Part shown: positions 20,492-29,537 of the stretch, one piece after another | Layout of the letters: each line of letters begins with the position of its first letter | How positions within the stretch are numbered: the first letter of the stretch is position 1 | Source: an uncultured candidate division Zixibacteria bacterium | GTDB lineage: Bacteria; Zixibacteria; MSB-5A5; GN15; PGXB01 | Assembly: GCA_963702205.1 (NCBI GenBank) | Contig: OY969724.1 | Location: forward strand, 3,008,001-3,072,000 | Direction: 5' to 3' | Length of the DNA: 64,000 nt | Position numbers and translations under genes: made by a program | The notes under the pieces: model-generated | The model's input: only the letters and a program-made list of their open reading frames with translations | Told to the model about the DNA's origin: nothing | The model's database searches: none

Positions 20492-20568
20492 GGTACCCCT
20501 CCTAATTTCAGACCTATATATAATATGCCCCGATTTAAAATATTGTGCAAACTAATTTTAGTGAAAAC

Positions 20569-20961
20569 CTAAGAACCAAGAATGTCGGACAATATGCGCA
20601 AATGATCGAAAGCCAGATCCATTTCAAAATAATCACCGGTCTTGATTGCTTCCGCCGCGTCACTCGCGGCGTCCAGTTCACCGCCGACCGGGGCTGCCAA
20701 AAATACCACGGAAACGACGTGGCCTCGGGGATCCCGGCCCGGTTCGGAATAAACCCCGACCAGTCGTTCGAGCTTTACGATCAGACCGGTTTCTTCTTTG
20801 GCTTCGCGGACAGCCGCCTGCTCGACCGTTTCGCCGATCTCCACCCCGCCGCCGGGCAACGCCCAATGCCCCTCGAACGGCTTATACTTTCTCTTAATGA
20901 GAACAATCTGGTTGTCGGGATAACGGATTATAACGTCGGCGGCCAGTGACGGACTTTTCAT
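20569..20961 (-). CDS. NUDIX hydrolase
   Basis: Nudix box 'WALPGGGVEIGETVEQAAVREAKEETGL', 'RDPRGHVVS', 'LAFDH'; ATGA overlap with the TfoX-like gene. Confidence 0.92.
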   Translation of the reverse strand: MKSPSLAADVIIRYPDNQIVLIKRKYKPFEGHWALPGGGVEIGETVEQAAVREAKEETGLIVKLERLVGVYSEPGRDPRGHVVSVVFLAAPVGGELDAASDAAEAIKTGDYFEMDLAFDHLRILSDILGS

Positions 20962-21317
20962 TTCGTTTTTCTCCGCGGTCGTTTTTTCTTTATCGGAGCG
21001 CGGCGGGCCACGTCTACGGCTTTGCCCGCCCAATTCAGCAGCAAATCATCGTTTTCGATAACGTCGGCCGGGACTTCATCGTACTTCATGGGCGGTCCCT
21101 CATCTCCGTGCGGCCGGAACGGTTCCATTCCGGCCTCCTGAAAATCGCCAATATTTTTTTCATCTACTTTAAAATACAAAGCATTATCGCTTACGATCCC
21201 AAAAAACAACTGGCCGCAGTAAATTCCCATCGCCCCGAACATCCGGCGCATGACAATTTGGCCCAACGGCTCCAGACGTTCATGAACGAAGTCGGCGTAT
21301 TCTTTGCTGACCGACAC
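20958..21317 (-). CDS. TfoX/Sxy N-terminal domain protein
   Basis: 'RRMFGAMGIY', 'LYFKVD', 'G.EPF', 'YDEVP.DV.E'. Confidence 0.85.
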   Translation of the reverse strand: MSVSKEYADFVHERLEPLGQIVMRRMFGAMGIYCGQLFFGIVSDNALYFKVDEKNIGDFQEAGMEPFRPHGDEGPPMKYDEVPADVIENDDLLLNWAGKAVDVARRAPIKKKRPRRKTK

Positions 21318-21320
21318 GCT

Positions 21321-21674
21321 TTATTTCCTGATGTTAAGCATCATCAAAATCTGTTGCGCCTGAAGCTGGTTGTACTCCAGCGCCAGCGTCCGGTAATTGA
21401 CCAGATCGACAATCGTCCCGATAAAGCACAGCCCGGCCGTCAGGAGATACAACAGTCCCATTCCGACCTGCCCGAGGTAAAAGCGATGAACCCCGGAGAC
21501 ACCGACAAATCCGATCAGTGCCATCAGCATGATCGTCTGCGCGTCGCGCCTGCGGCTGCGATAGACCATGGAGAACTGCTGGGCGGTTTCATCGTTCATG
21601 TCTTTCATCATATTGCCGATGAACATCATTTCGTCGCCGTCAATTTCCGGTAAAAATCTTAATACGTCGGCCAT
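21321..21674 (-). CDS. TM2-domain membrane protein
   Basis: 'GVHRFYLGQVGMGLLYLLTAGLCFIGTIVDL'. Confidence 0.88.
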   Translation of the reverse strand: MADVLRFLPEIDGDEMMFIGNMMKDMNDETAQQFSMVYRSRRRDAQTIMLMALIGFVGVSGVHRFYLGQVGMGLLYLLTAGLCFIGTIVDLVNYRTLALEYNQLQAQQILMMLNIRK

Positions 21675-21675
21675 T

Positions 21676-21981
21676 CTATCCTCCGATCAAAATTAACTTA
21701 TATTTCAAGACTGACAACTTAACCAACTGCACCACCCTCCATATTATGATCCCCAGGGCGGGGATTCCCAGCGGGTGGCAGTGCCACGACTCACCCGCAT
21801 AACCGTGTATGAAAAGGGATATCGACTGCCCCAGCCCGCAGCCCGGACAAAAATTAAAACCGAGGTTTTTTAATGGACATATCGATAAATGCGATGATGC
21901 ATGTGGGTCGAGGGCGGATAGATACATCAATCCGCCGATCCAGAAAACCAATTCGATATTTATTAATTTCAAATATTTCAT
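21676..21981 (-). CDS. DUF2752-family membrane protein
   Basis: 'SICPLK..G..FCPGCGLG.SI', 'HPLG'; typical neighbour of TM2 genes. Confidence 0.8.
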   Translation of the reverse strand: MKYLKLINIELVFWIGGLMYLSALDPHASSHLSICPLKNLGFNFCPGCGLGQSISLFIHGYAGESWHCHPLGIPALGIIIWRVVQLVKLSVLKYKLILIGG

Positions 21982-22180
21982 ATGATTTATCTTACGTTAA
22001 TCCCGCCATAAATATACCGAAAAAACCTGCGCCAATTCAAAATAATATGGCCCATACAGGTTCACAATTAAATCACGAATTTTTCCTGGTCACAATGACA
22101 GATTATAATGACTTTGTGATTGAATCCCAAGCGATAAATTGATATTATGTCCCGAACGCTTACTCAATATGGAGGCAATA

Positions 22181-23839
22181 ATGGCACGCAAACTAATGTC
22201 AACAATATGCTTATTGATAGTCCTGGCCTTGACATCTGTAATCTCGTCGCAGGCCTGCACGAGCCTTCTGGTGACCAAATCGGCGTCAAAGGACGGCTCG
22301 ACTTTTATTACATATACTTGTGACGGGCGGTTTCATCCGCGCTTATGGATAAAGCCCGCCGCCGACCATCCCGAGGGTGACTCGCTCAAAATCGAGGATT
22401 GGCTCGGAAATGTGAAGGGCTGGATAAAACAGATTCCGCATACGTACGGTGTTATCGGTCTTATGAACGAACATCAGCTCAGCATATCTGAAACGACTTT
22501 CGAGGGGCGTCCCGAACTGGAAAACCCCGAAGGTATTCTGCACTATTGGGACCTCATGGACCTGGCGCTGCAGCGCGCCAAAACGGCCCGCGAAGCTATC
22601 AAAGTAATGACCGACCTTGTCGCCGAATACGGCTACTGTGCCACCGGCGAAACGTTTTCAATTGCCGACCCCAATGAAGTCTGGATAATGGAACTGATCG
22701 GCATGGGTATCGACCGTAAAGGAGCGGTCTGGGTGGCCGAGAAAATCCCCGACGGTTACATTTGCGCCCATGCCAACAAAGCCCGCATAAGTACCTTTCC
22801 CCTCGATGATCCCAGGAACTGCCTTTATGCGAAAAACGTCATTTCCTTTGCCGATGAGATGGGCTATTACGATCCGGCGTCGGGACAGCCATTCAGTTTT
22901 TGCGACGTCTACTGCCCGGCCGACGCCAAAAACCGACGTTATTGCGACAGCCGGGTATGGAGCCTCTTCAGGCGCGCCGCCCCGTCTATGAACTTGTCTT
23001 TGGATATTACGAGGTCGGTCGAAGGCGCCGAGGACTATCCTCTCTGGATTAAGCCCGACAATAAGTTGTCATTGGAAGACGTCATGTTACTGATGCGAGA
23101 TCACTACGAAGGCACCCCTCTGGACATGACCAAAGGCATTGCGGCCGGGCCCTACGGGACACCCGATCGCTGGCGGCCGTTGTCCTGGAGCGTCGAAGAC
23201 AAAAACGGCGACACGGTCGAAGGCAGTTGGGAGCGCCCGATTTCAACCCAGCAAACCGGCTTTTCCAGCATCGCGCAGTGCCGCTCCTGGCTGCCGAATC
23301 CTGTCGGCGGCGTTTACTGGTATGGTGTCGATGACACCTGGTTCACCTGCTATTGCCCGCTCTACGCCGGGATCGATGCCATTCCCAAATCATTCACGGT
23401 CGGAAGCATCGATCAATTTTCATGGGAATCAGCCTGGTGGGTATTCAATTTCGTTTCCAATTTTGCCAATCTCAGGTATCAATATATGATACAGGACATA
23501 CAGGCCGTCCAGAAAGAACTCGAAGGCAACGCTCTTTCTTTGCAGCCCGCCATAGAAAAAACGGCGCTGGAAACGTACAAAAAGAATCGCTCAACCGCTC
23601 AGAATTTCCTTACCGATTATTGCGTCTCCAATGCCGAAACAGTTGTCGGGCGCTGGAAGGAGTTGGGCGAGCATTTGATAGTCAAGTACAACGACGGATA
23701 CATTTTAAAAAAAGACGGCTCAGCCGAAGGAATCGGCTATCCCGAGACATGGCTGAAGACGATAGTCGATCAGAATCCCGAAAAGTACATTCTCCCGCAG
23801 GCGACAGACAGCACCGCAGAATCGAAACTGGTCGATTGA
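22181..23839 (+). CDS. Exported peptidase C69 family dipeptidase (Ntn hydrolase)
   Basis: Signal peptide ending SQA|CTSLLV (N-terminal nucleophile Cys); 'MNEHQLSISETT', 'GETFSIADPNEVW', 'RDHYEGT'; GGAGG RBS before 22181. Confidence 0.9.
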   Translation: MARKLMSTICLLIVLALTSVISSQACTSLLVTKSASKDGSTFITYTCDGRFHPRLWIKPAADHPEGDSLKIEDWLGNVKGWIKQIPHTYGVIGLMNEHQLSISETTFEGRPELENPEGILHYWDLMDLALQRAKTAREAIKVMTDLVAEYGYCATGETFSIADPNEVWIMELIGMGIDRKGAVWVAEKIPDGYICAHANKARISTFPLDDPRNCLYAKNVISFADEMGYYDPASGQPFSFCDVYCPADAKNRRYCDSRVWSLFRRAAPSMNLSLDITRSVEGAEDYPLWIKPDNKLSLEDVMLLMRDHYEGTPLDMTKGIAAGPYGTPDRWRPLSWSVEDKNGDTVEGSWERPISTQQTGFSSIAQCRSWLPNPVGGVYWYGVDDTWFTCYCPLYAGIDAIPKSFTVGSIDQFSWESAWWVFNFVSNFANLRYQYMIQDIQAVQKELEGNALSLQPAIEKTALETYKKNRSTAQNFLTDYCVSNAETVVGRWKELGEHLIVKYNDGYILKKDGSAEGIGYPETWLKTIVDQNPEKYILPQATDSTAESKLVD

Positions 23840-23850
23840 ATTATCGCCAA

Positions 23851-24339
23851 TCAGTCGCTTTCAACCGGCGGCGGGACGTCGGCGGCGCGTTTGGCTACGG
23901 CTGCCGAGCGTGATTTTGGCATCGATTTGAACTTGGTGCCGCCACGGGATTTGATTTCATTGAAAATGTCCGAAAACAGAGTTAATTGCTGAGGCGGCGA
24001 AGATTTTCCCATCGAGGCGCTGTCCTTGTACACGTAAACCATGTCACCGTCGCATTCTATTTCCGGAATGTCCAGGGCCATGCGGCATTCTTCGACAAAG
24101 TGATCCAATACTTCTCTGGCTTCGGACGGCGACGCCGACTGCCGAATTATACCGAGGTGGCTTTTGAACATCACGAACTGCATGTCCAGAAACTGCTGGC
24201 AGGAACTTTTTCGCAGGCCAATCCTCCATTCAGCATATTCGCCACCGTATTTGTCGATATAATTGCCTATATCTTTGATAATCCGCTTAACCCGTGGCAT
24301 TGACTTTGTCTTGTTTCTTCCGTTAGCAATTTCGGCCAT
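23851..24339 (-). CDS. Hypothetical protein (possible degenerate GIY-YIG-like small domain)
   Basis: AAGGA RBS; 'GGEYAEWRIGL...AREVLDHF...VYVYK' pattern; low-complexity tail. Confidence 0.55.
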   Translation of the reverse strand: MAEIANGRNKTKSMPRVKRIIKDIGNYIDKYGGEYAEWRIGLRKSSCQQFLDMQFVMFKSHLGIIRQSASPSEAREVLDHFVEECRMALDIPEIECDGDMVYVYKDSASMGKSSPPQQLTLFSDIFNEIKSRGGTKFKSMPKSRSAAVAKRAADVPPPVESD

Positions 24340-24447
24340 ATAATTCTAACTTCCTTGTTAATCAGTTATGCCCGCATTGATTCGTAATCCGTCCAACTTG
24401 ATATAGACCAATACGAATAAAACGTCTTTTCCCGTTAAAATTTTTCA

Positions 24448-24786
24448 TCAGACCGTTTCGGGGCATTCCTTTTCCACGTCTTCCGTGATTTTAAGCAGTT
24501 TTTCGTAGGGTATCGCCAGCCAGCTTTCCACTTCCGAGGCACCGTAATTGCGAGTCAATAAAGAAACTTTCGCGGCTATTTCTTCGTCGGGCGCCTCATA
24601 AATGTCCATGAAGTCCCAATGACCCATCAGGGCGTAATGGGCCTTAAACGTGACCTGTGGACATTTCTCGCGGATTATGTCCAGCCATTCGCGGCCGGTA
24701 CGGTTCCTTTTACGCAGTCCCGCGCTCACTTCGACCAGCAGCGCGTCGTTCGCCGCCAGCCGGGTCATAAGTACAAACGTCTTCAT
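24448..24786 (-). CDS. GYD-domain protein (paralog of 20049..20345)
   Basis: Shares MKTF.LMT.L, REKCP.V.F.AHYAL.G, DIYEAPDEE.AAKVSL, ESWLAIPY; AGGAGG RBS. Confidence 0.85.
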   Translation of the reverse strand: MKTFVLMTRLAANDALLVEVSAGLRKRNRTGREWLDIIREKCPQVTFKAHYALMGHWDFMDIYEAPDEEIAAKVSLLTRNYGASEVESWLAIPYEKLLKITEDVEKECPETV

Positions 24787-25039
24787 CGGAGACCTCCTGT
24801 ACCGTTAAACTCAGGAGACTGTCGTGGTGGGTTTTTATTGTTGATGCAAAATCTCGGTGAAGGGGCTATCTACCCGTCGTATACGAAAAATATACCCAAT
24901 CGGCCCTAAAAAAGAAAGATAAATTTCGAGCGTATTTCAATTTACATCGAGAGACAGCCGCATGGCCCTGTCCCTCAGGAAGTTATATTTCACACAGAGC
25001 GTCGTAAATTATTATCGCAAATTCTATATTCTTGTCGCT

Positions 25040-26446
25040 TTATTGCAATTTTCCCGTCATCGGGTCCCAGTACGGAATAACAACCGGTTTCTTGTCGAAA
25101 ATCTTCATGACATCATCCGGAACGTATTTCTTCTTGACTATTATATTGTACCCATACATATCGAACCAGTCATTGTACATTGTCCAATAGCCTTTGTCGC
25201 CGCTTTTTTCGCCCCAGCTGTTTTCCACCCGCCATTTGGTGCTTTTTCCGTCGGTTGTATCCACTCCCACCATTACCATCAGGTGATTGGCCGAATTCTG
25301 CTGAAGGAGCGCGCGGGTAGCCTTGTCCATGCCCAGATCGGTATCGAACAGACCCTGATAGTCGTATATATTCCGCGCCATTATGCCCTGCTTGCGGTCC
25401 TGATCCTCATTGACATCCGCCGAAAATGCCACGGGATCGTCGTTGAGCACGGACTTAAGAGCGATCTGACGTATTACATCCATGGATACGTTGGCATAGT
25501 CGACGTCCTCGCGGTCGTACATATTTCGTGACAGTGCCCCCTTGATATGCAGCCCGTAGTCCCTGGTGGGATTATTGAATATATTGACGTACTCTGACAG
25601 GTCGATCCCGACAAAATCTTTGTAAAAGTTCTGGGGCGTGTACTGTTTTGGTTCACTCAAGGTACTGTCATCCACCTTGTAGCGCCAGGTGAATTCCGTC
25701 GGCGGTTCCCCGAGATTGATGACGAGCAGACGGTATATATCGGGCAGCATACCTTCTTTGGCCTTGCGCATATCATCGACCGTACTGCCATTCTTGTACA
25801 TCTGTCGCAAAACGCCGGCGTCGCGCCTCAGCTTAAGGCCGAGAATTCTGTTCATCAGGACGGTGTGTCCGGAACTTTTGGTTTCCGGCATAATGTCCTT
25901 GGGCACGGCTCCATATTTACCGATCAGATCGACCGTGTAACGGAAATAACCGCCGTCGTCGTCCGGCGACTTCAAAATCGATTGCAGTTCGCGGTCGAGA
26001 GGATCGCGGTCCCGAAACTCGATCATATATTCGAGAAATGTATTGGCCTTTTCGAATTTGTCCCAAAAAGCCAGGTAATTCTGGGAAAATTCGAAGTCAT
26101 CCAGCTTGTACTTATTGATGACGTAGGACCGTATCAAATTCAGGCTGGCGAACAACCAGCACCGTCCGCTCGATTCCTGGGCGGTAATCCCCTTGACTTT
26201 CAATTTATGATTAAACATGTCGTTGGTATTGCGGACTATGTCGCGATTGAGGGCCAGATCGTTAATGTTCGCATTGGTGACGGCATTATAAACCGCTCTC
26301 GAAAACGAATCCAGCTTGAACGATTTCTGAAGGTTCTGAATATATTCGGTGGAAATCCCTCCCTCGCCGCAAACGGCCGTCGCGGCGGTTATAACCGTCA
26401 ACATGACGGCGGAAATTATGGACGAATAGAAAACTCGTCTGGACAT
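25040..26446 (-). CDS. pepC: Exported aminopeptidase C / bleomycin hydrolase (peptidase C1B)
   Basis: 'QESSGRCWLFA', 'FSQNYLAFWDKFEKAN', 'ANHLM', 'WRVENSWG'; signal peptide; AGGAG RBS before 26446. Confidence 0.92.
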   Translation of the reverse strand: MSRRVFYSSIISAVMLTVITAATAVCGEGGISTEYIQNLQKSFKLDSFSRAVYNAVTNANINDLALNRDIVRNTNDMFNHKLKVKGITAQESSGRCWLFASLNLIRSYVINKYKLDDFEFSQNYLAFWDKFEKANTFLEYMIEFRDRDPLDRELQSILKSPDDDGGYFRYTVDLIGKYGAVPKDIMPETKSSGHTVLMNRILGLKLRRDAGVLRQMYKNGSTVDDMRKAKEGMLPDIYRLLVINLGEPPTEFTWRYKVDDSTLSEPKQYTPQNFYKDFVGIDLSEYVNIFNNPTRDYGLHIKGALSRNMYDREDVDYANVSMDVIRQIALKSVLNDDPVAFSADVNEDQDRKQGIMARNIYDYQGLFDTDLGMDKATRALLQQNSANHLMVMVGVDTTDGKSTKWRVENSWGEKSGDKGYWTMYNDWFDMYGYNIIVKKKYVPDDVMKIFDKKPVVIPYWDPMTGKLQ

Positions 26447-26531
26447 GAACACTCCTGCAGGCTGAAAAGTTAATCCGGTATATATTATACAATGCAGGAG
26501 AAAAAAACAATACCGATATGGTGGAATATTA

Positions 26532-29500
26532 TCAGCTTCGCAACTTCGCCAGCCGCTGTCGGGATTCCTCAATTATATCGAATTTCTTGTCGGCTTTGCC
26601 CCAGTAGTTTAGAACCTCTTCGTACGCTTTTGCGGCGTCGGCATTCTGGCCGAGAGCCTCGTGAGCGCGTCCGATATAATACAATGCGGGGATATATCTG
26701 AAGGCAGTGCTGGTCAACGACTCACCCGCGATAAGTTTGCCGAGATAGTCCAGACCTTCTTTGGCGTGGCCGGTCAAAACGAGCCATTGGCCCATATCAT
26801 AATCATTCTGACTTTCGGACTGGAAAGGCATTTTATTAATTTCTTTGATCGATTCGATCATCGCGGCCGTATCCGCCTTGCACATGGCCTCGAACGATTT
26901 ATTGATAGCATCGCTTATATACCAGAAATCCGGAGGGACGCTCGATTTAAAATATTCCACGGCTTTCTTCCAAAGCTCGCGAGCCTCGGGAGCCCTGCCG
27001 GAGTCCAGATTAACCAAAAATATAGGGTAGCTGAAAGCCTGGAACCTGACCGCCCATTTTGAAGATTCCTGCCCGTAATACAAAGCACTGTCGGTTTGCC
27101 CGAATGTTCGATAGCTATTCGCTATGGACATTAGATTTTCGGCAATATTCGAACTATCGTTTTCAGCCCGGCTGAGTTCAAGGTTTTTGAACATGGCATC
27201 GAAAGCGTCCTTAAAATTACCCTGCCAGTTGTCCAGGTTGGCAACGACTTCATAGTAAGCCATCAAGCGGTAATTATCATCTTCATGTCCCGACTTTATT
27301 TTTTCGGTCCACCGCGCTGCTTCATCGAAATCGTGCTTCAATATGTTGGCGCGGACGATCCTGGTCAGGGCGTTAAGATAGTCCGGTTGCAGTTGCAGCA
27401 GCTGGCGACATTCGTCTATGGCTTTGTCGAACTGGTTTTTAACCATATAAAACGATGACAGGTACAGGTACGACGTGGGTGCATTCGGATAGTACTCCTT
27501 ACACTTTGAGGCGTACTCAATCGCTTTGTCATAATCGTTCATGTCCGAGTAAATCGAAATGATCCGGTCAAGCGCCGGTTGATACCGGGGATCGATCATA
27601 AGAACCGTATCGAGGTGGGCCAAAGCCGTTTTGCGGGACTCATCGCCGCCCCCTTTGGATTGATATATAAAAATAGCCAGGAAAGATCGAGCTTCCTTCT
27701 CTTCCGGGTAATTCTTGACAAAGGTCGACAGGTTGATGAATCCTTCAGTGAAATTGTTATTCACGAATACTTCATAATAAATATCGAGCAGGTTTTGTTC
27801 TTTTATAGCCAGATGATCTTCGTTTTGTTTGGCCAGGGCAAAGAATGGTACGGCGCTTTTAGCCCGGCCCTGCAGAGCGTACGACATGCCGATCCTAAGA
27901 TACGGCAGTGCGAAAGTGGAATCTTCATTTATGGCATTTTTAAAATGACCTATGGCATCGTCGAACAGGTTGGAATAGTACTTTTCCATCCCGAGAATAT
28001 ATTCTTTGTACACTTTCGGAGAAGATGAAGTGAGATCCGAAACCTGTGTGTTCTGACTCATGACGTCTTTCAGGTTCAGAGACTGAGCGATCTTATCGGT
28101 CAGGTCGTCTACCAGATTCAGCGGATTGTCACCCGTCACTTTTTCGGCCAGAATGATCCGGCCGGTTTCGATATCCTCGACCCGGGCATCGATTCTGATC
28201 TGATCACCCAGCTTGAGAAATGATCCGAGCAGCACCTTCGACGCCCCCAGCGATTTCGCGGCCTTAAGACAATCCTGCTGTTCCGGCAGTTCCTCCGGAT
28301 TTTTGGGCGGATTATCCAGTTTGTCCAGAATGCGATTGCGGCTGATTATATTGGCCGACGATCCCTGGCTCAATCCCGTTTGAAGCATGTCGGAGAGTCC
28401 GGCTTGCAGCCAGTTGAGGTCCTTGTCGCCGGTGTTGTTGTCGAAACCGAGAATCGCCAGGGCGTTTTCCCTGGCGTGGAGAGCATTGGCTCCATCTGAA
28501 GAAGGCGATTGGTCGATTTTGAAAATGGCCAATATGATGGCCAAAATTATAATAATCGCACCGACTATTTTTGTCGTCGAAAACGCCCAGGTTTTTTTAA
28601 ACTTGGGAGTAGTAATACCGGATGACGTCAGCGCAGCCGAATCCGACACGCCACTGTCGAATTGCCGACGAAGATTGCGCAGATCGACAACGAGATCGCG
28701 CGTATCCTGGTAGCGGTCGGCCGGGGATTTCTGAAGACATTTGGTGATTATTCTTTCGAGTTCGGCCGGAACCGATTCATTTAAGCTCCGCAGCGGAGCC
28801 GGGCGCGCCTCGAGTATTTTGGCTATGACCGAAACGCGATCCGATGCCTCGAACGGCGATTTGCCGCCGAACATTTTATACAGCAATATCCCGCACGCGA
28901 AAATATCCGAGCGCGAATCAACCGTCTCGCCCCGGGCCTGCTCCGGCGACATATAGGCAATCGTACCGAGGATTTTGCCTTCCTGCGTCAGCTCCTGCGA
29001 GACCGTATTGGTACTGTCAACGACTCCTTCCGACGGCGTCGCATCGAATAGTTTCGCCAATCCGAAATCGAGAATCTTGGGGTCACCGTTAGCGTCGATT
29101 TTAATATTCTCGGCTTTTATGTCGCGGTGGACTATGCCCAGCTTGTGCGCCGCGGCCAATCCGGCGGCGATCTTTTCCGAGAGGCGCAGCAACTCGGCGG
29201 TTGACAGGCTCTTGCTGCTGACGTACTCCGTCAGCGACGGGCCATCGATGTATTCCATCACGATGTATGAAATATCCTTGCCCGATTTTTCTTCCCGGGC
29301 GGTATCCATATCGAATATTGACATGACATTGGGGTTGGAAATCTGTGCGGCGGTCTTGGCTTCACGGATAAACCTCTGGCGGTCCTCGTCGTCGAAGTAT
29401 TCGGAGAGCAAAATCTTAATGGCCACCCGGCGGTTCAATTTCGTGTCTTCGGCCAGATACACTTCACCCATTCCGCCTTCACCCAGCTTGCGAATTATTT

Positions 29501-29537
29501 TAAATTGACCAAAAACTGCATCCGGTTCGAGAATCAT
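26532..29537 (-). CDS. Membrane-spanning Hanks-type Ser/Thr kinase with extracytoplasmic TolB-N/FlgO-like domain and TPRs
   Basis: 'LGEGGMGEVY', 'VAIK', 'HRDIKAENI', 'DFGLAK', 'GTIAYMSPEQ', then a TM helix 'IVGAIIIILAIILAIF', then 'LAILGFDN', then TPRs. Confidence 0.92.
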   Translation of the reverse strand: MILEPDAVFGQFKIIRKLGEGGMGEVYLAEDTKLNRRVAIKILLSEYFDDEDRQRFIREAKTAAQISNPNVMSIFDMDTAREEKSGKDISYIVMEYIDGPSLTEYVSSKSLSTAELLRLSEKIAAGLAAAHKLGIVHRDIKAENIKIDANGDPKILDFGLAKLFDATPSEGVVDSTNTVSQELTQEGKILGTIAYMSPEQARGETVDSRSDIFACGILLYKMFGGKSPFEASDRVSVIAKILEARPAPLRSLNESVPAELERIITKCLQKSPADRYQDTRDLVVDLRNLRRQFDSGVSDSAALTSSGITTPKFKKTWAFSTTKIVGAIIIILAIILAIFKIDQSPSSDGANALHARENALAILGFDNNTGDKDLNWLQAGLSDMLQTGLSQGSSANIISRNRILDKLDNPPKNPEELPEQQDCLKAAKSLGASKVLLGSFLKLGDQIRIDARVEDIETGRIILAEKVTGDNPLNLVDDLTDKIAQSLNLKDVMSQNTQVSDLTSSSPKVYKEYILGMEKYYSNLFDDAIGHFKNAINEDSTFALPYLRIGMSYALQGRAKSAVPFFALAKQNEDHLAIKEQNLLDIYYEVFVNNNFTEGFINLSTFVKNYPEEKEARSFLAIFIYQSKGGGDESRKTALAHLDTVLMIDPRYQPALDRIISIYSDMNDYDKAIEYASKCKEYYPNAPTSYLYLSSFYMVKNQFDKAIDECRQLLQLQPDYLNALTRIVRANILKHDFDEAARWTEKIKSGHEDDNYRLMAYYEVVANLDNWQGNFKDAFDAMFKNLELSRAENDSSNIAENLMSIANSYRTFGQTDSALYYGQESSKWAVRFQAFSYPIFLVNLDSGRAPEARELWKKAVEYFKSSVPPDFWYISDAINKSFEAMCKADTAAMIESIKEINKMPFQSESQNDYDMGQWLVLTGHAKEGLDYLGKLIAGESLTSTAFRYIPALYYIGRAHEALGQNADAAKAYEEVLNYWGKADKKFDIIEESRQRLAKLRS

